A DNA stretch of 63,875 nucleotides, counting the filler, from Reclinomonas americana ATCC 50394 (Eukaryota): assembly GCA_048213135.1 (NCBI GenBank). It is 20 parts of 20 records of this genome, joined end to end, with 100 filler letters (N's around TTAATTAATTAA, not from the genome) between each part and the next. Parts side by side here need not be neighbours in the genome. Positions count along the whole stretch, not along the records: positions 35,994 to 38,485 come from AFZH01018126.1; positions 38,586 to 44,955 come from AFZH01018127.1; positions 45,056 to 46,950 come from AFZH01018128.1; positions 47,051 to 50,843 come from AFZH01018129.1; 16 more parts are not named here. One strand, written 5' to 3'. The notes under the pieces are model-generated. The model saw only the letters and a program-made list of their open reading frames with translations, made no database searches and was not told the origin of the DNA. Both the position numbers and the translations under genes were made by a program. How positions within the stretch are numbered: the stretch's first letter is position 1; each line of letters opens with the position of its first letter. Of this stretch, positions 37,912 to 50,500 are shown in pieces.

Positions 37912-38094
37912 GTGCGTGCCACAACCCACATTCTATCTCTCTCCCTCCTCCCTGCAACTCTGCTTCTAACGCAGCCTCCTACTCGCAATTTCATTCCTCT
38001 CTCTCTCTACAACCCTGTTAGTGTTTCTCTTTCTTCGTGTATTTCTTTGCAGGTCCCCCTTTTTTCTCTCTCTCCTCTCAGCTTCTCCTGTACG

Positions 38095-38305
38095 CCTTCT
38101 CTGTCATCCTCTGCCAACCTCTTTCAACCTCTCTCAGCCTCTGTCGACCTTTCAGCCTCTGTCAACCTCTGTCAGCCTCTTTCAGCTTCCGTCAGCCTCT
38201 TTGAGCCTCTTTCCTTTCATCCTCTGTCAACCTCTGTCAGCCTCTTTCAGCCTCCGTCAACCTCAGTCAGCCTCTGTCGACCTCTCTGCCTCTTTCAGTC
38301 TGTCA
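38095..38305. repeat. 10-bp-based degenerate tandem repeat CCTCT(G/T)TCA(A/G), intronic
   Basis: Directly visible. Confidence 0.8.
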
Positions 38306-38914
38306 AACTCCCTCCTCTCTGTCCTTCCCTGTTATTTTCTCTCTCTCTCAGCACTCTATCAACCACTGGTAGCTTCTGTCGCCTTCTGGCAACCTTTCTC
38401 TCTCTTTCTTGGTCTCGCTCTCTCTCTCCTTTCTTTATCGCATTAGGCTGTCTCCCAGTTTCTCTTTCCCTCAATCCCTTCACCCNNNNNNNNNNNNNNN
38501 NNNNNNNNNNNNNNNNNNNNNNNNNNNNNTTAATTAATTAANNNNNNNNNNNNNNNNNNNNNNNNNNNNNNNNNNNNNNNNNNNNCTCGTCTCTCTCACT
38601 CTCTCTCTCTCTCTTCCTCTCTTCCTACTCTCTCTCTCTCTCTCTCTCAGTCTCTTCCTCTGTCTCTCGGTCTCTTGGTTTCTGCAGCTCAGTCTCTCTC
38701 CTTCTCTGTTGTCTCTGCAACGCTCTCTTTTCTCACCCTGCAACTCTTGGTCTCTCTTCCTTCTGTTTCTTCTCTCTTTTGCTGCTGCTTGTCGCTCTTT
38801 TCTCTCCCCCTCTCTCTTCATCTGTCTCTCTTCCTTCCTCTTATCTCCTCCTTCGCTCTCCTCTCTCTGCCTCTCTCTTTGTTCTCCAACCCACCTGCCT
38901 GTTTGTGTCTGCAG

Positions 38915-41428
38915 AAGTACCGAGAGATCAGGCGACTGCTGGAGGCGTGGGGCGCGTTGCAGTATGCGCAGTTGAGAGTCGGCCCGTTCTCCACCTTGGA
39001 TGATCTCACACTTGTGCATGACAAGGAGGTCAGTGCATGCATCGCGCCCTCTGTGAAACTGCAAGCTTGTCTTCTTTTTTCTCTGCTGCTCTCCGTCTCC
39101 CTTGTCTCCTGCTCGTCCTTCTCTCCCTCCATTGTCTCTCAGGCTCTCTTCTTCTTCTCTTCTCCTTTTTTCCGTTCCCCTTCTCGCCCTCATTCATGTC
39201 TCCTACACCTCGCCGTGGCCTTCTACATCACTTGTCTGTTCATCTCCTCTTTCCCTGCCTCGAACTCATTCAGTCCTCTGCGCCCTAGAAGCTGCCACCC
39301 ATTGCTTCTTGCTCATCCTCCATCTGCTCGCTCTGTCGTCTCCTTACCCCGCTTTTCTTGCGTTCATTTCCTTTGCTGATTGTGAACCGCTTCCACCACG
39401 CTTCCACCACCTCTCCCACAGTGCTACCTTCCTGCTCTTCTGTCCCTCCTCTCCTTCTCTGCATGCGAACCATTCCACCTCTTTCTGCATCCTTCTTCCT
39501 TTCCCTTCTGCTTCCTTCTTGCTCTTCTCTCCCTCCTCTCTTTCTCCTCTCTCTTTTCTCTTTCCTTGCCTTCTCTGCCTGTCTCTCTCTCTCTCTCTCT
39601 GCATCCTTCTTCCTTTCCCTTCCATTTCCTTTTGCTTCCTTCCTGCTCTTCTTTCTCCTTTTTCCCTCCTTTCTTCTTTCCTTGTCCACTTTTCTTCTTT
39701 CTCTTCCTTCTTGGCTCTTCCCCTCTCCACCCCTTTCACCTCATCATCCCTTCTCCTTCTCGCAGTACGTGGACCGCTACATCGCCGGCCGCCTCACCCA
39801 AAAGGAGATCCGTGAGCACGGTCTGCCCTGGACCCCCGCCCGCATGAACCGCTCGCTGTCATCGTGCGGTGGCACCGTGGCCGCCACGCGTGATCTACTG
39901 CGCAGTGGCGGGCGCGTGAGTGGGTGCGTCCTCTTGTTTCCAAAGTCGTCTTGTGGGGATATTAACAGCCTTTGCATGCACAGAAGTCTGGCCGGTGGCA
40001 CGCATCATGCATTTCGCGCCTCCGGCACCGGCTACTGCTCGTTCAATGATCTCGCCGTGGCCGCACGCGTTGCACAGCGCGAGTTTGCCGTCAAGAACGT
40101 GCTGATTGTGGATCTGGGTGCGTCGTGAGTTGTGAGTGGCGTGGTGGCAGCGGGAACTCATCGCGTTCTTTTGTGTTGCAGATGTTCACCAGGTATTTGA
40201 TGGACGTCGCTCATCTAGCTCTTCTCTGTTGTTTTGTTCACCTGTCGAGGTAGGGCGACGGCACCGCGGCCATCTTTCGTGACGACCCCTCCGTCTTCAC
40301 GTTCAGCATGCATGCCGCCAAGTGCTTCCCGTTTCGCAAGCAGGAGAGGTGACAAGACGCGGGCGCACTTTTCTCCTTCATCCTCCGTTGTTTCTTCTCT
40401 CTTCGTTCATTTCCTCGCCCATCTTTCTCCTTTGTTTGCTTTCCCCCCATCTAGTCTCTTTCCTTTTCTGTTATTCCTCTCCTTCCTCTGCTTGTCCTCC
40501 ATCATAGTGCTCTTTCTCTGTCTTCTCTTTCTATTCTCTTCATTCCAGGCTTTCCTTTTCCTCTTCCTCTCTTGTCCTCCATCGTGATCGCTTGCCATTT
40601 CTTTCTGTCTTCTCTCTTCCTTCTTGCTCGTTTTCCTCTTCCCTCATACACGCAATTCATCATTGCCTTCGTCTTCTTCTTTCTTTTCCTCCTTTCCTCT
40701 ATTTCACCCTTCTCCTCTTCCTTCTCCCCTCCTCCTCCTCGTTCCTCATTCTCGCTCTCCATCCCTTCCGCTTGCATCGTCGCCTTGTCCATTCTTACCT
40801 TCACCCCTTTCCTTGTTCTCATTCCCTCACTCTTCTCTCCCTTTCCTCTTCCTCTCCCTCCTGTCCTCCTTCCCCTCCCCCTTCCCCCTCATCCCTTTCC
40901 CCCCCTCTCCCCCCATCCCAGCACCCTCGACGTGGCCCTTCCAGACGGCACCACCGACGACGACTTCCTCGAACAACTCTCGCTCAGCCTGCGCACCATC
41001 CTCACCTCCTTCCCCCCAGACCTCATCTTGTACCAGGTACCCCCTTCCTCCTCACCCCCTTGTCCCCCACCCATTCACCTAGTCTCACCCATTCTCCCCA
41101 TCTTCAGGCCGGCGTGGACCCACTGGCCAGCGATCGTCTGGGTCGCCTGAAACTCACACGCCAGGGCCTCATGCAGCGCAACGAGATGGTGTTCAACACG
41201 GCGCACCAACTCAACGTCCCCGTCGTGTTTACCATGGTCTCTGCGATCCCTCCATATATTTCCCTCCAGCGCTGTACTCACTTCCGCTCCTTTTCTTCTC
41301 CATAGGGCGGCGGCTACTCGGAGCCCGTGGAGCGCTCGATCGAGGCGCACGCCGACGTGTGCTGGCAGGCGCTGGAGTACCACGTGGGCCACCCGCTGGA
41401 GCGTGCCCGCGTGGAGGTCGCGAACTGA
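38915..41428 (+). CDS. Zn-dependent histone deacetylase family protein (class IV/HDAC11-related, bacterial-like clade), 5' end in a gap
   Basis: KYREI..LVHDKE|YV..GLPWT..GGTVAA; LAGGTHHAF..GYCSFNDLAVAA; VLIVDLD|VHQ|GDGTA; FPFRKQES|TLDVAL; DLILYQ|AGVDPLASDRLG; TM|GGGYS; stop TGA 41426-41428. Includes an 11-nt exon at 40182-40192. Confidence 0.92.
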
Positions 41429-41431
41429 CAC

Positions 41432-44400
41432 TCACGCTGGCATGTGACGCAACGTGTCGCGCAAGGTCTGCGAGATCTCGGTGAAGCTCGGTCGCTCACG
41501 CGGCCGCTCGGCCCAGCAGTGGGTGATGAGCGAGCGCAGTGACGCCGGTTCGCCCTGTTCGACGACGTGACTTGTGAGCGAGCAAGAAGGCGAAGTGTGA
41601 CTGGGTGTGTACGCACCGGAAACACTCGAGGTCGCTGCCGCTGTGTGGTAATCGCTCTGCGCACGAGGCATATATCCAGTCAGTTCTTCGTGATTTTAGA
41701 GGGAGTCAGCGAGGCTTGGTGATATGTGCGCAACAGAATCATGGTAAACACTGGCATGCCACTGAACGGCGCCTCGCCCGTGAGCATCTCATTCTGCGCA
41801 TATTTTGTGAGGATCATCGGCACACAGTGGTAACACACGTGTGCGTGTACGACGCAACAAGAACAATGCCAAACGAGTACACGTCGCTGGCTTGCGAGTG
41901 ATCGTCGTGACCACGCAGCACTTCAGGGCCAGTGTGCTGTGTGGAGCAGGGAGTGAGTTGACAACTCATACGCAGATCTTATCTTGCGGCGTACCGAAAT
42001 CGCTCGCATGCGTGACGCCGTCGCCGTCTTGATGTCGGGCCGTCGCACGCCAAAGTCCTGAGGGTGAAGAAGAACAAGTCACGTGCTGTGGCAGAACGAC
42101 GATACACAAATTTGACGCACAAACAGCCGGAGAGCAGGAACGTCGTGTGCATCGCGACAGGGCGTCGCCAGCAGCACATTCTCCAGATCCAGTCCACGAT
42201 ACAAGACGCCACTGACCTCGTGCATGTAGGCCATCTGTACGGCGCATTCCTTTTCAGCATCAAGCGATGTAAAAGACTGCCTCCTCGAGTGCAAACCGTC
42301 GAAGCCAGCTGTAGTGCGATTTGCACTTTTGTGCGCAGTGGTGGTCGCCGCTCACGCAACCAGTCGGCCAGCACCGGACCCGTGGCCATCTCCATGATCA
42401 TCCACACGCGATCCTGGTCGGTCTCGGTGTCCACGCCGAGCAGACGAATGACACCTGGCGCGGCAAAAATTGTTGGTCACAAAATCTTCGTTCTCCGGGC
42501 AGGATGATGACGACAAACCAGGATGCTGCGACTTGCCGAGCGCAGTGCACTCGATCAGCGCTGCCGAGCGCTTCTGCATGTCACCCTCAGGAATGATAAA
42601 CTCCTTGACAGCAACGGGATAGCCAAACAGCTCGCCGCGATGAATGACTCCCGATGTGCCGCGACCGAGCAGCGGCACACTCGGATCCATCTCCACCAGC
42701 GCCACCGGCACCTTGGTCCAACTGAACTCGACTTCCACCTCTTCTGCGCGCATGGCGGGGCCGCGAGGAGATGCCGCCTCATCCGGCTGTTTTGGATGTT
42801 AGTCGCCACAGGCCTCATCCACCTGCACCGACCGCTGCGCAAACCTTTTCTGTTGCATTCGACTCATTCCACTGCCGTCCGTCTTCCTCATCAACAGTCA
42901 GTGTGTTCCACTTGGCACGGTTCAGCAGATCCTTCAAGTGCTCCACGACGGCCGAGAACGAGGGACGCGTTCGTCGGTCGTGGTCCAGGCAGAGACTGAG
43001 AAGGTGACGCACTTCCTTGGGTATGGACTGCACGCGCAAGATGAGAAGTATGCAAACAGAAGTGAGGACTGGCAAAGTGCGCCACTCCACCTCGGGAATT
43101 GTTGGTTTCAGGCCGAGAGCAGCGACTGTGCAAGTCAAGAAGAGAGGAAGGTGAACCTCTCTTAAAGACCAATCGTGTGCACAAGGACGCTCACCTCGAT
43201 ACATGATTGAGTATGGTTCACCGTCGAACGCTTGCTGCCCAGACAAGACCTCCAGCATCACCAAGCCGAATGAATCTACACCTCGAGTGGTGAGGCCACA
43301 GCAGCGGGAAAGCACAACAAGCTCCCATTGAAACGCAACAAACATCAGCCTCCGATCCGTGACCCGTGCATCTGTGAGACGTTGAATGAGAAGAATGCTT
43401 AAATCACAAGCAGCGAGGATTATCAGCGCACTTGATGATCTCTGGTGCCATGTACTGCGGAAGACAGTAATGTGAGCCTCGCAAGTACAAGAAGAGTGAT
43501 GCTAAGCAGGTGCTGTTTACCATCATTGTTCCCGGTGCGTGTTTGGTACGCATCGTCTGTGGTCGCCCACCGGAGGCCACCTATTGCAGCGAGTGTCAGT
43601 AACAGCAACACCACGCAACAATGCCTGTCAGCGACGCACTGATTGCACTGCAGAGACGCCAAAGTCCATCAAACACACATGCGGTGCACCGATATCGGCA
43701 GCAGCAATGGCTGTGCTCGCACCCAGTGGCGACGACAACACAGCCGTCGGATCGTCACACAGCACATTCAAAAGTTTCAGCTGTTGTGTTATCGTAAGTG
43801 TGCAGTCAACAAGCAGCAGAATAGAGATCGATACGCAACATCGCGATGCACAATGTGCATGGAATGCAACTCTGTCATCTGTGTTTCATCTCGGTAAGTG
43901 AGAACGCTGACACGATGTCCTTTTGAAACTCTCGCGAGAGGTACGCAACTGCCGACGCCACCTGGAGGCAAATGTCGAGACGCACCACCAGTGGCACTGC
44001 GTCGCGATAGTATGTGGCGCGCTCGCGTAGTTGTGCACTCTGCGGCAGGCCGGGTGTGACTGGTGCCGCTGCCGACCGTCGCCGAATCCAGTCGCTGAGA
44101 TTGCCGCCGACCACCAGCGGAGTGACAATCAAGCACTTGATCTGCGGTTGCAATCAGCAAAGAGTGGAGAAGAGGGGGAAAAGACGTAGTGGCTTGCAGT
44201 CAACCTGCTTCTGTTGCACTTCCTTGTGGGCGCCGAGAAGCGGCAGGATGTTGGCATGTCCGCTCGCCTGTGCGTGCAGCCTGTGGTGCGTGTCAAGACA
44301 AGCACGAAGGGGAGAGAGAGGGCCAGATAGGAGTTCATACGCAACTGCAGTTCTTGATTGAGGACTTTGTTGTCGGCCAGTGGCACAAAGAGGGTTTTCA

Positions 44401-45497
44401 CGGCCACTTGTCGTCCGTCCATTGTGGCGCGCCAGACCTGGGAGAAAGAGGGAAAGGGAGAGTGAGGAAAAGGGAAAGGGGGAGAAAGGAAAAGGGAAAG
44501 GGGGAGGAAGAGGGGAGGGAAGGAGATAGGAAGAGTTGGCATCCTTCCCCGATGATTCCATCTCTGAACGAGTGCTGCAACAAACGAGAGAGAGAGAGAG
44601 AGGAGGGACGAGGATGGGTGCAGTGCCAAGTCGTCTCTGTGTGTTTCAGCATCATGAAAAGAGAGAGAGACTGCAATCTCTCTCAGACGGAATGATGTAG
44701 TATATGGAGGCGAAAGAAGGACCTGCTTGTACCCTATGACTCCACTCTCTGTTTCTTCAAACGTGATGCTACACGAAACGAGACAGGAGAGAGTGAGATG
44801 GAGAATGAGGTAGTGTTAAGGAGTGTCAATAGCTTGCAGCATCATGCTCAAAGAGAGAGAGAGAGAGAGTTATGGAGAAGGCTGCGACGGCAGGGCGTGT
44901 CTCTTGTCTCCACATGGAAGGAGAATGCAGTGGAAGACTCTCTCTCTCTCTCTCTNNNNNNNNNNNNNNNNNNNNNNNNNNNNNNNNNNNNNNNNNNNNT
45001 TAATTAATTAANNNNNNNNNNNNNNNNNNNNNNNNNNNNNNNNNNNNNNNNNNNNGTGATGCTACACGAAACGAGACAGGAGAGAGTGAGATGGAGAATG
45101 ATGTAGTGCTAAGGAGTGTCAGTAGCTTGCAGCATCATGCTCAGAGAGAGGGAGAGAGAAAGAGAGAGAGAGAGAGAAAGAGAGGGAGAGAGTTTTGGAG
45201 AAGGCAGCCACGGCAGGGCGTGTCTCTTGTCTCCACGTGGAAGAGGAATGCAGTGGAAGACTCACTTTCTGTCTCTTCAGACGTGATGCTGCAGCAAAGG
45301 CAAGACTTACACTCTGGACACTGCACAGCATCCTTGCTCCATTCTCTCTCGCTCTTTCTCTTTCTCTATTCCAACGTGATACTGCGAGAAACCAGTGTCA
45401 AGGAGTGTCTCTGGCTCTTGCATGTGGCAGCATCATGTTGAGAGAGAGACAAGCTCTTCCACTGCAACTTCGTTCTCCTTCTCTCTTTCTACACTAG

Positions 45498-45531
<34 letters not shown>

Positions 45532-46483
45532 TCCAACTTGATGCTGCAAGAAACGAAGACAGGAAAGCAGTGTCACTCTGGCCCTTGCATCTTGCAACAT
45601 CATGCACAGCGAGACACACGAGTTCTTCCACTGCATTCTTCTCTTCTTCTCTCTTTCAGTGTGATTCTGCAATGTGTGGAGGCAAGACACTGCATCCATT
45701 CTTCTTCTTCTCTCTTTCTCTATTCCAACGTGATGCTGCGAGAAACGACGGCAGGAAAGAGTGGATGCCGTGTCGAGGGAGAGAACGAGGGACGCCCTGC
45801 TTCCTTCTTCCATATTCTCTCTCTCTCTCTCTCTGTCGTGATACTGCGGCAAACTGAGACAAGAAGCAACGGCAACCTTCCCCTTCGCCTTCCCCTTCCC
45901 CTTCCCATCCTTCCCCTTTCCCCTTTCCTATCACGCAACTTCCCCAAATCCACCCTTGGCAATCGACGACTTCATGCTCAACTGCGCCGGATCCACATCC
46001 GCCACTCCCTCCGGCAACGATGTCGGCGACGACGACGAAGAAGACGACGGACCAGCAGCCGCCGATCTCGCCGACTTGCTTCCACCAGCACCACGTGCAC
46101 CAGTTTCAATCTCCACTGCACCAGCACCCGCAGTCACAATCTCCACTGCACGCACACACGCACAGTTGCATTCAGAGAGACAGGGAAGAGCAGATCGCGT
46201 CAACCGTCAACACACTCTTTCTGCATCTCACCTTCTCTGTCTCTGTCCTTGCCTCTCGCTTTCACTGTACATTGTCTCCATCTCTCCGTTGCTCACTCCT
46301 TTGCTCTCACTCTCCCTCCTTCTCTCTCACTTACACTCACCACGCGGAGTCGGTGCCGAACGCGCACTGGACTGTGCACCCTCGTTGGCGCCCCTGCACA
46401 CACACGCACAAGTAAGTAACATGCACACATGCGAGGAAAGAGAGAGAGAGCATCAGTCACCGCTTGCTGGCACCTCCGCCCAT
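41432..46483 (-). CDS. N-myristoylated tandem kinase-pseudokinase (TKL-like)
   Basis: Starts MGGGASKR. Domain 1: IAKGGFGE|VW..VAVK, HRD|LKLLN, DFG, GTMM|YMAPE, ADVY|SFG. Domain 2: LGRGTSG, VAVK, YRGLDLEN in place of HRD, DFG, HTGPE, SDVYSFG, CWAERPRERPSF. Stop TGA 41432-41434. Confidence 0.88.
44740..45860. repeat. Intronic repeat family TTCCAACGTGATGCTGC(A/G)AGAAAC present in both orientations, plus a ~200-bp near-duplicate either side of the gap
   Basis: Direct copies near 44757, 45370, 45531, 45723 and 45836. Inverted-like (TTGCAGCATCATG) copies near 44834, 45127, 45428 and 45592. 44764-44945 closely resembles 45056-45265. Confidence 0.75.
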
Positions 46484-46766
46484 CTCTATCTCACACTTTG
46501 CAAGAAAACGGTCACGCACACACGAAAAAGTGCGGGAGAGTAAAATCGAACACCGAACACATAACACTTCTCGCGCTGCTCTTTGTGGTGCGTGACACCA
46601 CACACTGTGCTCACACTCTTGCCTCTCTCACTACCTGTACCTCCTCACACACGCCACTGCTGCACGCATGTTTGTGTTTTCGGACGCAATGGCCGTGTTT
46701 TCCACTCACACACTCCCTCTCTCACTCTCACAGTGCCCAGCACCCTTCTCCCTCCCTCCATCCAAC

Positions 46767-46917
46767 ATGAGCGACACCATCACTGTGATTATCATCGAAG
46801 GCTGGTCGTACCGCCAGGAGGCCTCCTCTCCCGATAACACCATGACTGGAGCACCGACTTCCTCCTCCACTCTGCAGACTCCCTCCACGGGCTTTGGTGG
46901 ACTCAGTGCGCTCACTG
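46767..46917 (+). CDS. Possible orphan first exon (MSDTITVIIIEGWSY..ALT|GTGAGT), divergent from the kinase gene
   Basis: ATG preceded by caac, open frame and strong donor, then the gap. Confidence 0.35.
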
Positions 46918-47289
46918 GTGAGTGAGAGAGAGAGAAGAGAGAAGAAGAGGNNNNNNNNNNNNNNNNNNNNNNNNNNNNNNNNNNNNNNNNNNNNTTAATT
47001 AATTAANNNNNNNNNNNNNNNNNNNNNNNNNNNNNNNNNNNNNNNNNNNNTGAAGGGTGGGGAGGAGGGGGAGTTGTCTTCGCTCTCCCGTCAGATGAGA
47101 AAAATTTTGGTACGAATTAGGACAGGCGCGACGGACGAAATATATGTTTTTCTGTGACGTGCGCTGCCTGCGGCGAAGGGCACAGTGTGATGGTCCATAT
47201 TTAGAACAGTCCGACGAGTCGCGCACAGATGCAGGTGCCACAGAGGAGAAGGCAGAGCCTCTCAGAAGAAAAACACATGACATGCAAAA

Positions 47290-47435
47290 TCCCTTGCCGG
47301 CGCCGACAATGACCACGGCACAAGCAAACATGATCCTCTCCAAACAGTCATCCTCTCTTGCAGCAGGCAAAGCCAAGCAAACGCGACGGTCGAGCTGGCT
47401 GGTGTGGTGCACGTGCAGAACTTCATGGCGCAAAT
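47290..47435. other. Dispersed conserved non-coding element, copy B
   Basis: Aligns with 34519-34652 with three larger indels. Confidence 0.75.
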
Positions 47436-47597
47436 ATTAATCAGTCATGCAAGTGCACGTGTCTGTGGATGCTTTGGAGCACCATCAAGGCTGCTGCTGC
47501 TGCTGTTGCTGCTGCTTGTTGGGGTTGTTGTTGCACGGACGTCGATGCCTGTCATGAGATTGTCGGGTTTTGCAAGTCGTCGATTTTGTATTCGACA

Positions 47598-50500
47598 TCA
47601 TGATGTTCGAAGTCTCGAGTCTGGCGGCATGGCCACCACGACGCTGGCCGACGATGTGCCAACCGCCGAATTGATGTGGCGATCGTCTACACGCTGGATG
47701 CGAGCAAAGCTGAGCGACGCCACCGCGTGGATAATGGCCTGCAGCGACACCAAAATGAGAAGGCATACAGGAACACTCTCTGCCGCAAGGCACGCAACAT
47801 CTGCATGCGGCACACCGGTTCGTATGTTGAGCGTGCGGAGAGGCAGAATGGCACGCGACGGCGGAGTGAGAGATATGGGACTGGTGGGCGACGCGAAGGA
47901 GGCCACACTGAGGTCTTCCAGGCACGGCAACTCCATGAGCACCAGTGAACTCGGGCACGCCACTGGTTCCTGAATCACAATCTGTTAAGCACACAAAGTC
48001 AGTGCCGCGCACACCACGACACGACAAGTCGAGACGCACGCACCTGGTGCAACTGCGGGCAGTGCAGAATGCGGAGGGAGCAGAGGGCATCTGGCACGCC
48101 GACGCGCGGCGGTACAATCGATAGGCGGATGAGGTGTGGGCAGTGCGACACGGTGATGACGGCGACGCGCACGTCGATGGCCAGGTCGGCCACTCGGCTG
48201 TCGAGGAACTCGAAGTTCTGCGGCAAACGAGGGAAAGGGAAAGGATGAGGGGAAAGGAGGAAAGGGGGAAAGGGGAATAAGAGGGAAGGGAGGGGGATGA
48301 GGGGAAAGGGAGAGAGATGAGGGGAAGGGGACGGGTAACCGATTGCACAGAAGCAAAACACTGGCACCAAGACACACACCTCGAGATTGGGTGTGTCGGT
48401 AAAAATACGTGACAGCAAGTGCTCGGTGATGCCATCGCATTTGCGCAGTTGCAACTTTCGCAAACTCGGTGCCGTGATGAGCAGGGCGCGGAGGAGAGGG
48501 CAGTCGGCCACCACCAGGACTCTGAAGGAGGGGGAAGGGGTCAGAGGGGAAGGGTGATCTAAGAGAGAAAAGATGGGGGAGAGCACGGAACAGTGAGAGA
48601 GAAAGTGCAATGATACTTTTTCCATTTCTTTTTGTTTTCGAAGAAGAGCGATACAGAGCTGAGGTGCCAGACAGTGAACGGGACTTGGATAGAGACAGAT
48701 TTCGAGAGAGAGAAAGAGAGAGAGAGAGAGGAAGAAGGAAAAAGGGGAGAGAAGAGAAGTAACAGAGACAGACGACGTGCGAGAGAAGCGGAGACACAAG
48801 CTCACTTGTTGTTGTTCTTGCTGTTGTGCTGGCGAGAGAGAGAGAGAGAGAGAATAAAAAAGAGATAGAGAGCGAAACACCTCTTTCTACTTCTTGTAGA
48901 GAGAGAAAGAGAGCACATGGCGCACTATGTCCTCCTCAGTATGTATTTGTTCTACGATCTCTCTCCCTCCCCCCTCCCTCCCTTCCCTTCCTACTCCCTC
49001 CCTCCCCTTCTCTCGAAACTGCAATGACCGCGAGTGCACAGTGAGATGCGAGATGCCGGCACACTCGGAGAGTGCCAACGCTCCCAATCCCACAGCAGAG
49101 CGCAGCAGCGCCTCGAGTGATGTGTCGCCAAGACTCTGACATCGATCGAAGACGGCCTCCTGCGATCGAGAGAGAGTCAACTCTCCATCCACTGTGCACT
49201 TCCCTTGACTCTTCATACCGCCAGCACTGGCACGGCATCCAACACGGAGACCGTGCCGAGAGCCGAGCAATCGCGACAAATTAGTTGCTCCAGAAACGGC
49301 GTGTCGAGCACCAGGGACCGCTGTGCTCACATCGTTGGTAACCCTTCACAGCAAGGCACATGCACGACGCACCACAGAATGACAGCCAATCCACGACAGG
49401 CGTGACAACGTGCTGCTCCGTACCATGGCTGCCGACGCAGCCAGTGCACAGTCGGTCACTTCCAACTCACGCAACGCACTGCAGCACTCTGGCATGGCCT
49501 GCGACGATTTGCGCAGTGAACATCCCCTCGCTCAGCGCGATGTAAAACATGAGTGAAGGACACACACACGCACCAACAGTGGTCTCTCCAGTGTCAACAG
49601 CGGGCATCCCTCCACAATGATCTTTTTCGTTTGCGGCACTCGCAGCCACACCGAGTGCAGCACTGGACAGTTGCGAATTTGCAAGCCTTGCAGTCTGCAC
49701 AACGCGTGGGTACAAGGCTCTCCCCCCCGCAGCAACTCATGCACACAAAACGCGCAACTGTGCGCTGGTGCACGTCAGCATCTCCAATCCCTCGCAGCCG
49801 TCGAGGATGAGCGCACGCAAAGTGTGCATCCAGTCCTGCAACACGGCCTCCAAACCGGCGCTGTCTATCGAACAACGCGGTCCAAACTTGCACATCTCCA
49901 CCGAGGCGAACCGCTTGGAGAACGCCGAGGCGTTGATGCCAAAATTCTTGCCGCCGACAAACACGCGGCGCACGGAACGACATGATCCCTATCGACACAC
50001 ACACGTCAGCGCCTCTCGCAACTCACACACGTTCGCACACATACGCACCACGGAGCGCGACCAGTCGAGGTGCCGACAGTTGAGCGTGTTGAGACTCTCC
50101 AGCACCGGCGTGTCGAGAGTCAGCGACATTAGCTCGGAGCATGTATTGACGTCCAACTCGCGCAGCACGGTGCTGCGCACTTCCAGTGACTCGAGTGCCG
50201 GCGCGGTGGTGTTGGGCAACTGGAACAGCTGCAGCGACTGCAGTTGCGGGCACACGAGAAATAGGCTGGTCAACTTTGGGCACATGTCCACGTTGACCGA
50301 TTGCAGCAGCACATCGTGCACGTCCAGTGAGATGAGGTCCTGCGTGTCGCGTAGTCGTGTGAACGCCAAGACACGAGCATTGGTGGAAATCGCACACCAC
50401 TCACCGCACACGACAGCACCTCCAGCGACGAGGCAATGGTCGAGCGCAGGATCATGCGCCGAATCCCCGACGCACCGTGAATCACAACGGCACGCGCCGA

